A stretch of DNA of 57,963 nucleotides from Coniocarpon cinnabarinum. Lineage: Eukaryota. Positions within the stretch are counted from its first letter, which is position 1, and each line of letters starts with the position of its first letter. The notes under the pieces are model-generated. The model was given only the letters and a program-made list of their open reading frames with translations, was not told the origin of the DNA and did no database searches. This document shows, in pieces, positions 1 to 13,164 of this stretch. Made by a program: the position numbers and the translations under genes. The DNA lies in NCBI GenBank assembly GCA_051942205.1, contig JAVECO010000060.1, positions 62,001 through 119,963 on the forward strand, in the 5' to 3' direction.

Positions 1-2
1 CA

Positions 3-3000
3 CTGAGATCTGGAGATGTCGGGACTCGACGTAAGGAAATCGCTAAAATGGTCAAAGGCTGTTGGCGGTCTTGCATTGAGTCGGGCGATGGTACTGGACC
101 TGAAGTGTCTGACAACAACATCGGGGACTGGGCTAACGCCGACAATACGACTGCCGACGAAAATTTAGCACGACCTTTTGTTGCAGATGCCATCATAGCA
201 AATCCACCCAGCTTCGCGCACGTACACTGCGCCGAGAAGCTGGGCATCCCTCTACATATGATGTTTACGTACGTGGCTGGCAACAGCGGATTGACTTTAC
301 ATGTGACACCCTGCTGATTATACGCAGGATGCCATGGTCACCGACGCAAGCCTTTCCGCACCCACTTGCGAACATTCAATCATCCAATGCCGATGCCAGC
401 ATGACTAACTTCATGACATATACTCTGGTCGATATGATGACCTGGCAAGGTCTCGGAGATGTCATCAACGGCTTCAGGCGGAAGAGCCTAGGCTTGGATC
501 CCATCTCCCTCACTTGGGCGCCAGGCATGCTTGCGAGACTTCAAATCCCTTGGACATATTGCTGGTCACCAGCGTTGATACCTAAACCTCGTGACTGGCA
601 GCAGTACATCTCTATATCTGGTTTCTACTTTCTGGACCAGGCCAGTAACTTTGAGCCCGAGCAAGAACTGAAGGCATTTTTGGAAGCCGGCCCGCCACCA
701 GTGTACATAGGATTCGGGTCAATCGTAGTAGAAGATCCGAACGCAATGACCAACTTGATATTTGAAGCTGTCAAAGAGACCGGACAACGTGCTCTGGTAT
801 CCAAGGGCTGGGGAGGTTTCGGTGCAGAAGACATTGGCATACCAGATGGTGTCTATATGCTTGGCAACATACCTCATGACTGGCTCTTCCAGCGTGTTTC
901 CGCTGTGGTGCACCATGGAGGCGCTGGAACGACTGCTGCTGGTATTGCAGCTGGCAAGCCTACGGTCATTGTGCCATTCTTTGGTGACCAGCCCTTTTGG
1001 GGTTCAATGGTCCACAAAGCAGGTGCTGGGCCCATGCCCATACCCAACAAAAAGCTCACAGCAGACGCATTGGCCACTGCGATCACGGAAGCACTGACGC
1101 CCAGCTGTGTTGAAAAAGCCAAGGAGCTCAGTGCTCGCATCAGCAAAGAGCAAGGAAGCGAAACAGGGGCCGAGTATTTTCATAATGAGTTGAAAGTCGA
1201 TCGGCTTCGCTGTCAGTTGTCACCGAACCGTGCAGCGGTCTGGCGCATACGGAGGACCAACTTCAGACTCAGCGCTTTTGCCGCAACCGTGCTTGCTCAT
1301 GAAAGACTCATTGACTTTGCAGATCTCAAGCTGTACAGATCGCAGGAACTGGATGTCGATGGCGGTCCGTGGGATCCTATCAGTGGTGGCGCGGGTGCAG
1401 TCATCGGGACGATGGGCAGTATGGCTATGGGTATTGCAGACATGCCCGTCGCGACTCTGAAAGCTTTGAAGATCCATCCAGATCATCGACGTGAAGCCGA
1501 AGCTCAGGCTGCTCAAGCGGCTCAAAGCTCTCAGGCCAGCACTCAAAGCTCCCAACAAGCCAGTCACTCTCCCGCAGGTTCCCGACCAGGATCAAGCTCT
1601 CTTGAGGTGACATCACAAGAACTGAAAGATTCACGCGCGGATGCAATGCACACACTCAAGACTCGCGACAGTCGCTCATCTTCGGTTTCTTCCTCGAGCT
1701 CGAAGTCGTCTGGGAAAGAAGCTGCTGCCGCATGGAACACGCTAGAAAAGCAGAAACCTTTCAAGTTCAAGCAAGAAGACATCGAAACGCTTCTTTCGAC
1801 CGGCAAAGGCGCTTGGAAGTTTACCGAGGCAGGTGTCAAATCTCCTCTCGACTTTACGCTTGCTATGGCCAAGGGCTTCCACAATGCTCCGAAGCTCTAT
1901 GGTGATGAGACAGTGCGAAAGTCAGACAAAATCGTCGACTTACGGACCGGGTTGAAAGCCGCAGGAAAAGAATTTGGCTACGGCCTGTACGATGGAATTA
2001 CAGGTCTCGTCAAGCAACCCATGCAAGGTGCAAAGAAAGAAGGCCCAGCTGGCTTCGTCAAAGGCTTCGGCAAAGGCATCGGTGGCATCACGCTCAAACC
2101 AGGAGCAGCGTTCTGGGCACTTCCTGGGTTCACCGCGCAGGGCATGTACCGCGAGATTCGCAATCGCTTCGGTCCCAGTGTGCAAGGCTATCTGATCGCG
2201 GCGCGAACTGCCCAGGGGTACGAAGAAATGCAAAGCGCCACTTCTGAGGAGTACTCGGAGCTCATTAAGGATTGGGATGACGTCAAAAAGGACATCAAGA
2301 AGAAGAAGCACGTCGGCGAGGAGAAGATGGAGGAAATAAAGAGTCGGTACCGAGGCGCGAGGAGTCGTTCGCGCTCGCTTGGCTCTAGTTGCTCGGAGCG
2401 TTGGAACGCACGGAGAGATAGGAACGGCACGCCTCCTGAGAAAGAAGCGCCCATTGCAACGGGACGTCCACTTCGACATGCGCATACAGCTGCAGAAAAA
2501 GATGATGAGTCAGGCGAAGGCCCAAGTGAGCGAACAGCAGCCATTCACCGTTCGGTCGCTGGCAGCAGACTGTCCAAGCGCCAGTCGAAGCAAGAGCGGG
2601 TGCTCGGGGACTCAGATTTTAGTGATCCTGAGTTCGAGACCGCAGTCCAACAGTCAGTTCGCGAAACTAGCAGAGGCGATCCAGAAGAGGACAAGGCGAT
2701 TGAGCGCGCGATACGAGCCAGCATGCAAGAGCTTGAGGATGCGCAAAAGCGAGGTGCTAATCATGAGGAATTGGAGCAGGCCATCCAGAATAGCCTGGCT
2801 GATGCGCGGACGGGCAATCTTAGTCGGGCACATAGCTATGCTGAGCAGCATCAGCATTCTGTTGCGGACGCCCCTGCTGACAAAACGTCAATTGAGGGTG
2901 GTGCGAAGAATGACGGGAATGATACTCCGCGAGTTGCCACTGCGTCAAAGTCACCGGCAACTAGCCATGGTGCACCGGCAGATCAAGCGACTGCCAGTCC

Positions 3001-3451
3001 GCTACCTCGTGTCTCCTTGGGCAAAGATCTCCAGAACGCCGTCGCCGACTCCACGTTCCTGGCATCAACCGAAGATGAAAATCCAGGTCAAAACACGCAA
3101 GAAAATACTCATCAGTCCCACAGAGACGATACCGAGACAACGCACTCAGGTCAAGACGAAGATGAAGACCTACGTCGTGCTATCGCCCGTTCACAAACCG
3201 AGCAAGACCCTCACGGTATCAATCAAGACGACGATAACCTGAAGCTGGCCATCACGCAATCTTTAGAACATCACGGCAAGGACGCCGCGGATCGACAGAA
3301 AGCAGAGGAGGAAGAGGAGGTCGTGATGCGGTATATGCTCCGACAAAGCCAAATTGAGGAAGACCTGCGCAAGGGAAAGAGTGGGGAGGCCTCTGGAGGT
3401 GCTTCGGGAGGTGCTGGTGAGGCGGGGAAGTCGTCAGGTGGGAAGGAGTAG
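3..3451 (+). CDS. Glycosyltransferase family 1, sterol 3-beta-glucosyltransferase-like, with C-terminal UIM repeats (5' end lies outside the window)
   Basis: Frame is open from base 3. Motifs ADAIIANPPSFAHVHCAEKLGIPLHMMFT|MPWSPT are joined by GT-AG intron 269..327. UDP-sugar signature PHDWLF...VVHHGGAGTTAAG...VPFFGDQPFWG. Several E/D-L-x-x-A-I-x-x-S motifs in the tail. Confidence 0.9.
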
Positions 3452-4121
3452 TGTGTTGGTATGGAAGATTGTGGGCTCAGCGTGCATGGATGGGTGACGA
3501 GATGTGAACATGAACGCATGATACCCTTTGGTATGACACAGAAAATGATGAGCATGACTCACTGACGGCAACGCATTGTGCGGATTTTCCCGAAACTCCC
3601 TCTTGTAACTTTGCCGCCATTGGCCAGAATTCTCTGAATTTTTTGGGGGAGCTGTACGTGATGTGTCCTGATAGAATTCATACAGAAGGTCTTACGTGTG
3701 TTCCCTGAGCCGAAGCAGCAGCGCTGCGAACAGCCTCCTCGCCTTGGAAGATACTCGCAGCCATAATCTGAGAAAGGCAAATATCGACCTGGCATTCTGC
3801 TAAGTTACATTTTCGCTGCAAGACAGCACTTTCCAAGAGAAAAATTCAGTCTCCACAATATCTTAGTAATAATCTAGCCTCTTTTTCACATCTTTCATTT
3901 CATTCCTTGCGGCTTTAGCGGCACCTGTTGCTCCCTCACTGATCTCGCTATCTCATATCATCTCCCTTTCTTTTTACAAAAAATCTCTTTCTACCGCAAC
4001 ATGGTCGCCTTGATCGGCTCATGACAACACTATCATAAGTCTGCTACCAATGGCATTGCTGGCACTTGTTCCTCAATCCGATCAGAGTCCCAACTTCAGA
4101 AGTTTCTTGGACGTCGCCCTG

Positions 4122-4322
4122 ATGCTCGACGTCAAACGAGTAAATGCTCGACGTCAACCGAGTAAACGAGTAAATGCTCGACGCCAAACAAGTAAAGGCT
4201 CGACGCCAAACAAGTAAAGGCTCGACGTCAATCGAGTAAAAGCTCGACGTCAAACGCGGAAATGCTCGACGTCAGACGTGGAAATGCTCGACGTCAATCG
4301 AATAAAAGCTCGACGTCAAACA
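4122..4322. repeat. Minisatellite, about 9 head-to-tail copies of a 22-bp unit (consensus ATGCTCGACGTCAAACGAGTAA)
   Basis: Read directly: GCTCGACG(T/C)CA recurs every 22 nt; unit 2 has an extra 8-bp duplication. Confidence 0.9.
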
Positions 4323-4359
4323 GGCATACGCCTTTACATGATTTTTCCTATCATCGAGA

Positions 4360-4417
4360 CAGTGCTGTACTCACCAGTGCTGTACTCACCAGCGCGAATC
4401 CACCAGCGCGAATCCAC
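4360..4417. repeat. Two adjacent perfect tandem duplications (15 bp x2, then 14 bp x2)
   Basis: CAGTGCTGTACTCAC x2 followed directly by CAGCGCGAATCCAC x2. Confidence 0.85.
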
Positions 4418-4539
4418 GGCAAAAGTGATGATCTGACATCGCCCCGACACCGAACCAGTCCAGCTCGAAAGGTAGCCGCTCAGTGCTAAAATATGCCTTC
4501 TTATGAACGCGCTGGAAAGTCCATGAACCTCCCAAGCGA

Positions 4540-4910
4540 CGACCTTCAGGATCAGTGAAGCAGTTACTCTGTTTAGTTAAGAGCACCATTACTAATGACA
4601 ATACGGTACAGGCTTTTCTGGTTACTAGTAAGATACAATGCTACTCCAAGTCATTGAGTATAATACTTGTTTCCTGAATATAGTAGCAAAGGTGGAATAG
4701 AGTCGGAAATGAGATTTAATGTAGTAACCCTAGGATATTAACCAACGATAACGTTAATAAAGCGGCGCGTGTAAGCAAAAGACGCTTTAATAGCGTAAGA
4801 GGCGCTTAAGAGCTCTAATAGTTCATATAGGTTGTCCTTCTTATGCTTCAAAAAGCAATTTTGCTACTATACTCATTAGTATACCAGTAAGCCATCTCAG
4901 TGAGTATGAT
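4540..4910. mobile_element. Possible RIP-degraded repeat or transposon relic
   Basis: AT-rich and visibly TpA-rich (TAGTA, TATA, TAATA) compared with the flanking genes; no long ORF; next to the minisatellite. No termini or transposase remnant seen. Confidence 0.3.
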
Positions 4911-5262
4911 TTGATGATGACCTCATTCGGGTATGGTAAAGTGAGTGTGATATTGGTAAGGAAATATCGCTTCACTGAGGACACTGTCCGAGAGAGCCAG
5001 ACAGGGCGTCCGAGGCTGCGCAGTATTCATTCCACTCAACAGAGCAAGTACAAGAGTGCCGAAGAGTAGACGTGGTCAAATCATTGTCTGTATTCAAAAC
5101 GAGTCAAATCTAGATTAGGGGCTCTAATCTTCTAGGTCTGTTCAATCACCACATCAAACCGCGTACCAAACTCACGTATACCACACCGAGGTAAACAAAC
5201 CCCAACATAAAGACCTCCCACCAACGATACCCTGTCACCCGCCCCAATCTGAACGAATGGTC

Positions 5263-6793
5263 CTACCAGTGACAAATCCCCCCTTCACTATCATCGACAC
5301 TCCACGTCCCGGCGAGACCCGTAATCTGCACCTCCCCATCTGCATGTTCTTCGACACTTCCCAACGCGGCGCCGAAGCCCAAAGCCGCCGGACTATTCGT
5401 CATCAACCTCCTCGCCCAGCTGCCAATAGCCGGCTCACCAGACTCATCCCTCGCCTGTTTCAAAAATTGAATCAGCGCGGTACCACCTGTGCCCCTGAGC
5501 GCTCGTTGTCGCTGCTGCGAATTCGAGTCAGAGCGCTGCTTTGCGAGACCGAAAGACGGCGGTGGTGCCTGGCGCGGGGAGATGGACCGGTTTGAAGAAC
5601 GGGATTCTCGCGATTTGACGACAATGTAGCGGGACACCATTTGAATGTGCTTATCTCGGAAGTCGCGCAGCATTGCTAGACATGCGTCAAACGCTGCACA
5701 GAGACCCTTGTTGCTTCGTCTTTGCTCGACGTAGTCACGGATGTTGGCCACGTCGCTGACGTGTTGCAGGAACTCGCGATGGGCCCTCGGCATATATCGT
5801 CGCATTTCCATAATAAAGTTGTGGCTGGGCGGTGGTGGGCCGGCGCCCTCGGAATCGGAAGACTCTTCGCGCTTGGCGCCTGTGGGCAGGTGTTCAATGC
5901 CGAGCACGATGTCGAAGAATTGGAGGATGGAGGATTGGGCATTGGAGCCGCCGGAGAACTGTACGTGTGGTGCAGATGCAGTGCCGTCTGTGTCGAAGAT
6001 GACGCCATTAGGTAAACCAGCATCAGCCATGTTCTTGCTGCCGGCGAGGAACGGGCGAATGCGATGGTAAAAGACGTGGGGATCGCAGTTCTCGTACATG
6101 CGGACGAGCAGCGCGGAGAGCGTTTCGAGCGTTTCAGCAAGATGTTGGAGGTGGCGCATGACGACGGGCGTGTCGCCGGCCCGAACGGCGTGGATGGCGT
6201 CAAGCATCTCGGGTATGATATGCGCGCATCGAGCCTCGATCGCGACAGAGACGAGATAGAACCATGACTCGTCGATCGAGCCGGTGAATGTGGTGAGGGT
6301 GGAGAGGTTTTCGAGGGAGTCGAACGGTTCGTCGTCGAACAGAGGTTTGAAGTTCCAGAGGACGACAGCCGCGTACGTCGCTACGGGAGGGAGACCGAAA
6401 TGGTCGCATGTGGAGAGGAAGGGCACCGAGAGGGAGGGTGGTACGACCTGGTGGTTGTGAGCACGAATCTAGACTTCAGTGACATACGACTACGAAGCGT
6501 ACCTCAGCAGGGCCGTCGCCTCCCCAGATGTAGGCATGAGAGATGAATCCGAGTATCGAGTATGCCCTCCGCCATTCGGCTTCCGATGCTAGCCGCGCAG
6601 TGGAAAGGACCGGTAGTCTGTCAACAACACCTCGTAACCGCCGACTGAGGATGAGACCTTGTAGGTTCCGGACTATGCTCTCCCACTTGGAGTAATACGG
6701 ATCAGACAAGCTCTCAAGCGGGAGCTCGTGCGGTAGGAAGCCGTGTGTAGGAGAGATTTGGTAATCGTCGAGTTGGGGTACCGAGCGGCGCAT
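5263..6793 (-). CDS. BNA2: Indoleamine 2,3-dioxygenase
   Basis: Two exons (intron 6448..6502). Motifs HGFLP, LPPVATYAAVVLWN, TFTGSIDESWFYLVS, GGSNAQSS, MRRYMP..HREFL, FRDKHIQMVSRYI, RGTGGT. Confidence 0.92.
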
Positions 6794-7678
6794 TACTAAT
6801 AGGTAAGTGGAGGGAGGTGTCGCGTGCTCTTCTTGTGGCCTCTGTTGAAGGGTTGTAACCGTCACGGGCAGGTAAACGTGTGAGCTTTTACAAAAGAAGG
6901 AAAGGAGGAAATACTCAAAGTGGCGAATGCATAGAGAAGGCGAGGAAATTAGAAAGAGTCAAGGCGCGGACAATGGTGGTCAAAAGGGAAGTGGAATGTG
7001 GGGCAAAGGAAAAAAGTTGGGGAGGAGCGAGACAGGAGGAATGGAAGTGAGTGAGCAGACGTCAGAGAGCATTCTAGCGCCCGACGTGCTCTGACAGCGA
7101 CGCCGGAGCAGCTACATCATCCTACGAGAGCTTCAAAGCAATGTCCGAGCAGAGAGATGTGCAAGGAGATATGCATATGTTTTCGTCTGCATGAATATCG
7201 TTGCCGATCTGCAGGGCCGCCGGTGGTGCCGCAGAGCCAGGGCCCGTAGAGCTCTCAAAGCGGCAGTTACGTATGGGCTTGCAATGGACATAGCGGGGCA
7301 GGGTTAATCTCGGCAGTGGCGGGTTTAGATCTCGCCCTCCCATTTGGCCCCCAGATCGAGTCGCACGACGTGCCAAAGTGCAGGTGGGAGGAGCTGCTCC
7401 GATGCAATTGCGTAACGTCTACGGAGTAATGTATGTATTGCCTGGGAGTCGTCTTCGCCTCAATCGGGCAACACCGACTCTATAGCTGTGGGTTGTCGCG
7501 AGTGAATTCTTGGTCAGCCGCGTAATCTCAGACAGCCTCCCCCCTCCATTGCGGTGCATCGTACAAGGTGGCCATGTTTGTGTGCTCCTGCCTGGCCGCC
7601 GTCATTAGTCGTACAAGCGCTTTGACGCCGTGATAATGCTAATTGCTTCCCTCACTCCAGTCCAGTATGGCCGCTGTG

Positions 7679-10600
7679 CTATTGCAGCGCCCCATTGCTC
7701 GTCACTCGACTCCTGTTCTGTCCCGCCAACGACATCGCTGCCGCCGCCGACGCCAGATCGGGTTTGGCCGATGTGTTTCTCTGCCCGGCCGTTGCTCGAG
7801 GCAGCGCTGACCCGGACGCCATCCGTGTGCCAGAGGTCGACTGCTGATCGTACATGGTCGACTTCCGTCTCGCTGCCGGCATACTGCTCTTGACAGGCGA
7901 CGTGCTCGAGTTGCGCGAGCCCGCCGGCAACCCGCTCTTGAAGCTCGTGATGGGGGCGTCTGCCGTTGTTCTCGTCTTCGCTGGCGTCTGCACCGTGTTG
8001 GAGCGTTTGGCTGGCGACGCAGTCGACGCACCTGGTGGGGCCCGCGTCCGAGTCATCTTCTTCCCCGTGATAAATTCATGAGTCATAGCCTCCTGAGGTT
8101 TCAGCCGTCGCTCAGGATCCCACCGCAGACAACGAGCAAGAAAGTCCAGGAAGGCTTCATCTGTACATTTGAGTACTTGGTCCAATGTCTTTGAGCTCGG
8201 TCGTCGTCGTTTTCCCTTGGATGAAACCGACATACGGGGCTTGCCCATTGAATCAAAGAATAATTTCTTCCTGCTGCTTTTCTCTATCAGATGCTTTTCG
8301 GGCGGGCCAAACACCTCCATAATGCAGGCCAGCTGCTCCTGCTCATTCTCACCGGGAAAAATCGGAAAGCCTGTATACAGCTCTGCGAGAATGCATCCCA
8401 GGCTCCACATGTCAATGGGGATGCCGTAGTTCATTCCGAGAATCACCTCGGGTGACCGATAGAAGCGGGACTGGATATATGTGTAGACCTTTTCTTTCTC
8501 AAAACAGCTTGACCCAAAATCTATAATCTTGATTTCCGATCGCAGCGGATGAGCAAGGAGAATGTTCTCCGGTTTGAGATCGCAGTGAATGACATTCTTC
8601 TCCTGCAACAAGCATAGACTACTCAGCATCTGCTTTGTGAAACGCCGAATGAGCTTCAAGGAGAAGCCGGTGAAGTCGTGGGCCTTGATGAACTCGTAGA
8701 GGTTGATGCCCAGCAGCTCGGTCGCAATGCATAGATGGCCACGGAAGTAAAAACTTTGCGTGAAGTTCACCATGCTGTGTGCATTTTCAGGGTCCTAATA
8801 TAGCAATCAGTGGTTTGGGTCAGAAGACGCTCGGTGTGAATCTTGACTCACCCATTCACGGAGCTTTTGCAGGATGTTAACCTCAACCAGTGCTTGTTGG
8901 TGAAAGCGTTTCTTATTGCGAATTATTTTGACCGCCACCAACACTCCAGTCTTGTGGTCGACACATCTCACAACCTGCCCGAAGCTGCCCTTACCAAGAA
9001 TGTCGATCACTTCATACCGATACGCAAGATGATCGCCGACCACAATGTTGTAATCACCACGGTCATCGTCGAACCCAAAATTGGAATTGTTCGATGCCAA
9101 ATCTCCAACAAATTTCTTTGCGTCTTTCGTGCCGCAAAAGAACACTCCCTCTTCTTGGTAATCAATGATTTCGCCTTTTTCAAAGATGTTGAGTGAGGCC
9201 ATGCGAGTCGCTTGGTTGGGGGTGACCCTTTCCTTAGCCATGGCCCTCCTCTGCAGCTCATCCAGCTCGCGAGCGGACGCTTCGAATTCCCTCTTCTTGC
9301 TTCCCAGCTTCCTCATCTCATCTTCAGCAACCTGATCGTCTTTGTCCAGACCAGATGTCGATTTTTGCATCTTCACGTTGTGAGATGAACTGCGGGTGCC
9401 TAACATCCTGGACATCGGTGAGAAAAGGGAGTTTGTAGACTTGGAACCTGTCTGCAAATGGCCGCCCCCGGCACTGCTTGTTTTACCGCTATACCGTGGC
9501 AGCTCCGTGTGGCTCGTGTTTGCCGAACGTGAGCCGTTGATCGTTGAAATCAGGTCGGTCTGCGACGAGACAGCGCTAGACGGTGGTTTGGGGCTCTTCC
9601 GTAACCGACTAGTGCTTGTACTATTGATTGGTAATTTAGGCGGTGGCATCTCAGGTTTTTGAGTTTGATGATCTTCATCAACGTGCGTGTGCGAAGCTTT
9701 TGACGTGCTTCGCCGCCAGCCTTTACTGAGTTTGCGTCTCAGTGACGTTGCGGAATGAGCTGCCTCGACATCAGAAGAATTAGTAGCCGGTAGGGCTGTA
9801 GTCTCCTTGTGCTGTTTTGAGACAGTACTGGGCCGGCGCAACAGGCTTCGCGACGACTTGCGTCCATGTTGAGATGTGTCTCTACTTTGCTCAGGATTTG
9901 TCCGCGAAATGGACTGTTGTGCCTCTCCATAAGGGCGAGGAAGAGAGAATGAACCGAAAGGAGAGGGGCCATGCCGTGCAGAAGGTGGAGCTGGCGAAGC
10001 AGGTGTGACCACCGAAGGGGACTCTGCGCTGTGCTCATTGTTGAGGGTAGATGTTTCCGACTTTTGAGCTGCGTATGAAGTGCTGCTACGAAAGTTTGAA
10101 AAAAGATTCAGATCAAAATCATGATTAAAATCGTACGAGGGAAAGGTTGCCTTGGATGCTGTCATAGGAGTGCTGGGCGTTTTTGGAGGGCCGAATGAGG
10201 GAGGCGGTGTCGCCTTGCCATGGTCGTTATCAATGGATCTCTGACTCATCGAGGCAATCTTGCTGGTTGTTGGCGTGCTCAAAGGAAGCAAATTGATGGG
10301 CGGTAGTCTTTGTTGCTGATGAATAGAAGGCTTGTTGGTGATAAGATTTGGCAGTTCCCTACCAAAGTCCACACGTGCACCGAGTGTCAGCCTCCGGTTT
10401 TGCTGTTGTCTGGAAAAATAGTCATTACTTCGGTTCACGCCTTCATCGGGCGTTACAAATTTCTCCTCGGAGGTGCGGTTCGCAGAAGCAGCGGTCAGGT
10501 TCTTGCCAAAATTTGCTATAGCTGGGAGATCGGAAAAAAAGGGTTTATCCACCGTTTCTGATGGCGATTCATAAGCTTTTGGTATCGCTGGCACCGGAGG

Positions 10601-12141
10601 AACGATCTCGGCTTCCTGCGCTGTCGTCGGAGCAGCGTTTCTGGCGGACTTGGTGGTGAGACTGCGCGAACTAAAATTGGTGAAGCTCGTACGATTTTGA
10701 GACGAGGAGCTGGTGGGCCTGCTCATGGGCCTTGTTGAGTTATAGCTCGATCTCGAATCCACAGAACGTCCTGAGTTCTTGCGCTGGGGAACATCAGGAA
10801 GGTCGGGTATCTCATTGAGTGACACAGGTGTTGTTGATGTCTGTGGTAGAGGCAGAGGTGGGGTTGGAGGAGGCTTGCCGCCAGGAGAGAGTTCGGGCGA
10901 AGGGGAGCGTGTAGGAAGAGGTGGCGGTTTGTTTGAGATTGACATCCGACGAGATCGTCGAACATCAGTTGGACTTACAGTGCGAGCTCCCAAACCACTG
11001 GCCCCGAGAGCCGTAGACTGTCGTCGACCCGAAAGCGTTGGAGTTGATGCCAACTGTGGACTCTGCTTTGCCGAAGAAGACCCGCTGTCGTGATGCGTCG
11101 ACGCTGACGGCGGCGGTAAATCCAGGAATGTCTGAACACCCTGCGATTGTGGGGGCGTAGTGTTATTTGGAGACGCTTTGAGGCTACTGGAATTCGTGGG
11201 CGGCGCATTCTCCAAGGAAGGCATAGTAGTCATCGTTGATCTGTTCCTTGAACTCGTTGGCCATGCTGGTTTTTCACTGCCACGGGCTGCAGGCTGTATA
11301 GGATCGTAAACCAATGAGCGAGAGTGTGGATCGTATACGGCGTCCTGCGGCGTAGCAATGTTGAGCCCTGGACCCATGGACTTGCGGGGCGGTCTGCCAG
11401 TGGCATTAGACATGATCGAGGGCGGGAGCTGGGTTTGCCGTCTGGAGCCATTGACTTGGACGCGGCTTGTACGAGGCCCGCCAGACGTCGTCGTGGATAG
11501 CTGAGCAGCCTGCAAGGCCTCCGCATCTCGCTGTTCTCTTGTTGTGGGCACTCTGTTGCTTGCAAGTGCCGTACTGGCAAATGTGGATTGTCGCGATCTG
11601 GGCTCCTTCTGCATTGACCGAAAAGCAGACTGCCCTCTCTGACCGCCGGGTTGAGGAAAGTCGTCAATCTGAGCCTCTAGAAGACTTGTTGGCTTCAATG
11701 CTCTGATGTGTGTTGCGGACTGGTGATCTTGACCGTAAGCACCATTTCTAAAGTCGTGATGCTCGGGTAACATGGTCGAAGGGCGTGACGCCTCTGTTCT
11801 TCGACGTGAGGGACGTTCGAACACGGAATCGCTTGTGGAGCTTGGAAGGGTCGAGCTACTAGCAAAGCTGTTGGCAGTTGAGGAACTAGTCAACCTAGTA
11901 TCAGTCAGTAACAGCACCTGTTGCAACACCTTTAGCTGGAGCATGCCTTTTGGAGGAGAAATCTGGAGGCCGCGGGCCCTGTGGAGGCCTGTGATCCCGC
12001 ATCACAGAGCGTCGTCGATTGGCCATGTCCGCTCGGGTGGCCATGGAGCCGCGTTTAGAAGACAAGGGGTATTGATGAGGCCGTTCAGGAGAGGAATGCT
12101 TATTGCTGAAATATTGCGATGGCGCAGATTCCAGTGGCTCA
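7679..12141 (-). CDS. pom1: DYRK-family dual-specificity kinase, Pom1-like, with long S/P/T-rich N-terminus (start uncertain)
   Basis: DH-box FDDDRGDY, GKGSFGQV, HCDLKPEN, DFGSSC, YTYIQSRFYRSPEVILG. Intron 8795..8851 (GT-AG) and predicted GC-AG intron 11895..11946. First in-frame ATG is at 12044; an acceptor-like site near 12142 hints at a further upstream exon. Confidence 0.88.
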
Positions 12142-13164
12142 GCTATGACCAACAGTCAGTCCTGCACACGCTCGACGATATGCAGATCAACACGGACACT
12201 CTGCTAAAGAAAAGCCTGATCGGAAGCCATCGTTGTAGTTTGTCGCGTTCACAGACCCTGCAGCCATGTTGAGGCTTTTCGACCCGACAACCGCGTGTCT
12301 TAGTCAACAATGACGACAGAAACAACACAGGTCTTGACAAAAGCTGCCACACCGGACATAGACCTTGCCCCTACTCTCCTCTTCAAAGATGAGGGTTCAT
12401 TTCAGACAGTCCGACAAAGCTGAGGTGCACGTCGCTTCTATAGCGAACATTGTGTGTCTCGAGTCAAAAGATTGCACTTAGGCGGAGCCGTAGACGTTCA
12501 TGCGCACGGATGCGGCGGGGATGGAAAGCATCAAGGCAGCAAATGAACTGGACGGCGCCTGACGACGATTCTGCAGGCTTCCAGTTGAGAGCAGACGAAA
12601 GCTCGAAGGTAGAGAGCATGGATTGGCGTTGAAAGCCAGGAGTAAGTCAACCTTACATGCCTAGACCCAAATTGGGCTAAACTCTCCCTCACGCCTTCGC
12701 CTTTCGGACATGCCCTCCCCGGCTCTCTTCCCTCCGATTGACCCCCGTCCTTGGGCCTTGGGGTCAGCTCTGGGCAGAGACGCCTCGTCATCGACTCTTT
12801 GGTCTTTGACAAATACTCTGACCAGCTGCACCTGCAGAAGGCTGTCCTCCGGCCTGTGTCAGGTGGAAAGCTCGAGCTTAATAGAGGAACGAGATCGCAT
12901 CCTGGGTTGCATAAACACCAACACGCCTTGCAGGGCGCGTACCCGAACATCCTTAGCGTTCCCGTCTTTCTGACTCGTGGTGGAACTGGTTCGGCCAGCC
13001 GCTCCAACACGCTGTCACGCTGTCTCATCTCTCAACTACAGTACGTGCCTAGCCAGAGCTGCATGCCACCAGGCTCTGCGCCTATGATTGACGTGAGATG
13101 AGGAGCGGTACCAACTTAGCTGCATCTTACACATTCCGGCCTCTCCCACCACCTGAGGCCAGAT

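Noticed and set aside
4122..4322. CRISPR-like array
   Set aside because: Units are head-to-tail with no unique spacers, there are no cas genes, and the context is eukaryotic.
3556..4907. Terminal inverted repeats (ACTCACTGA ... TCAGTGAGT) bounding a transposon
   Set aside because: Only a 9-bp match with no target-site duplication or transposase remnant; plausible by chance.
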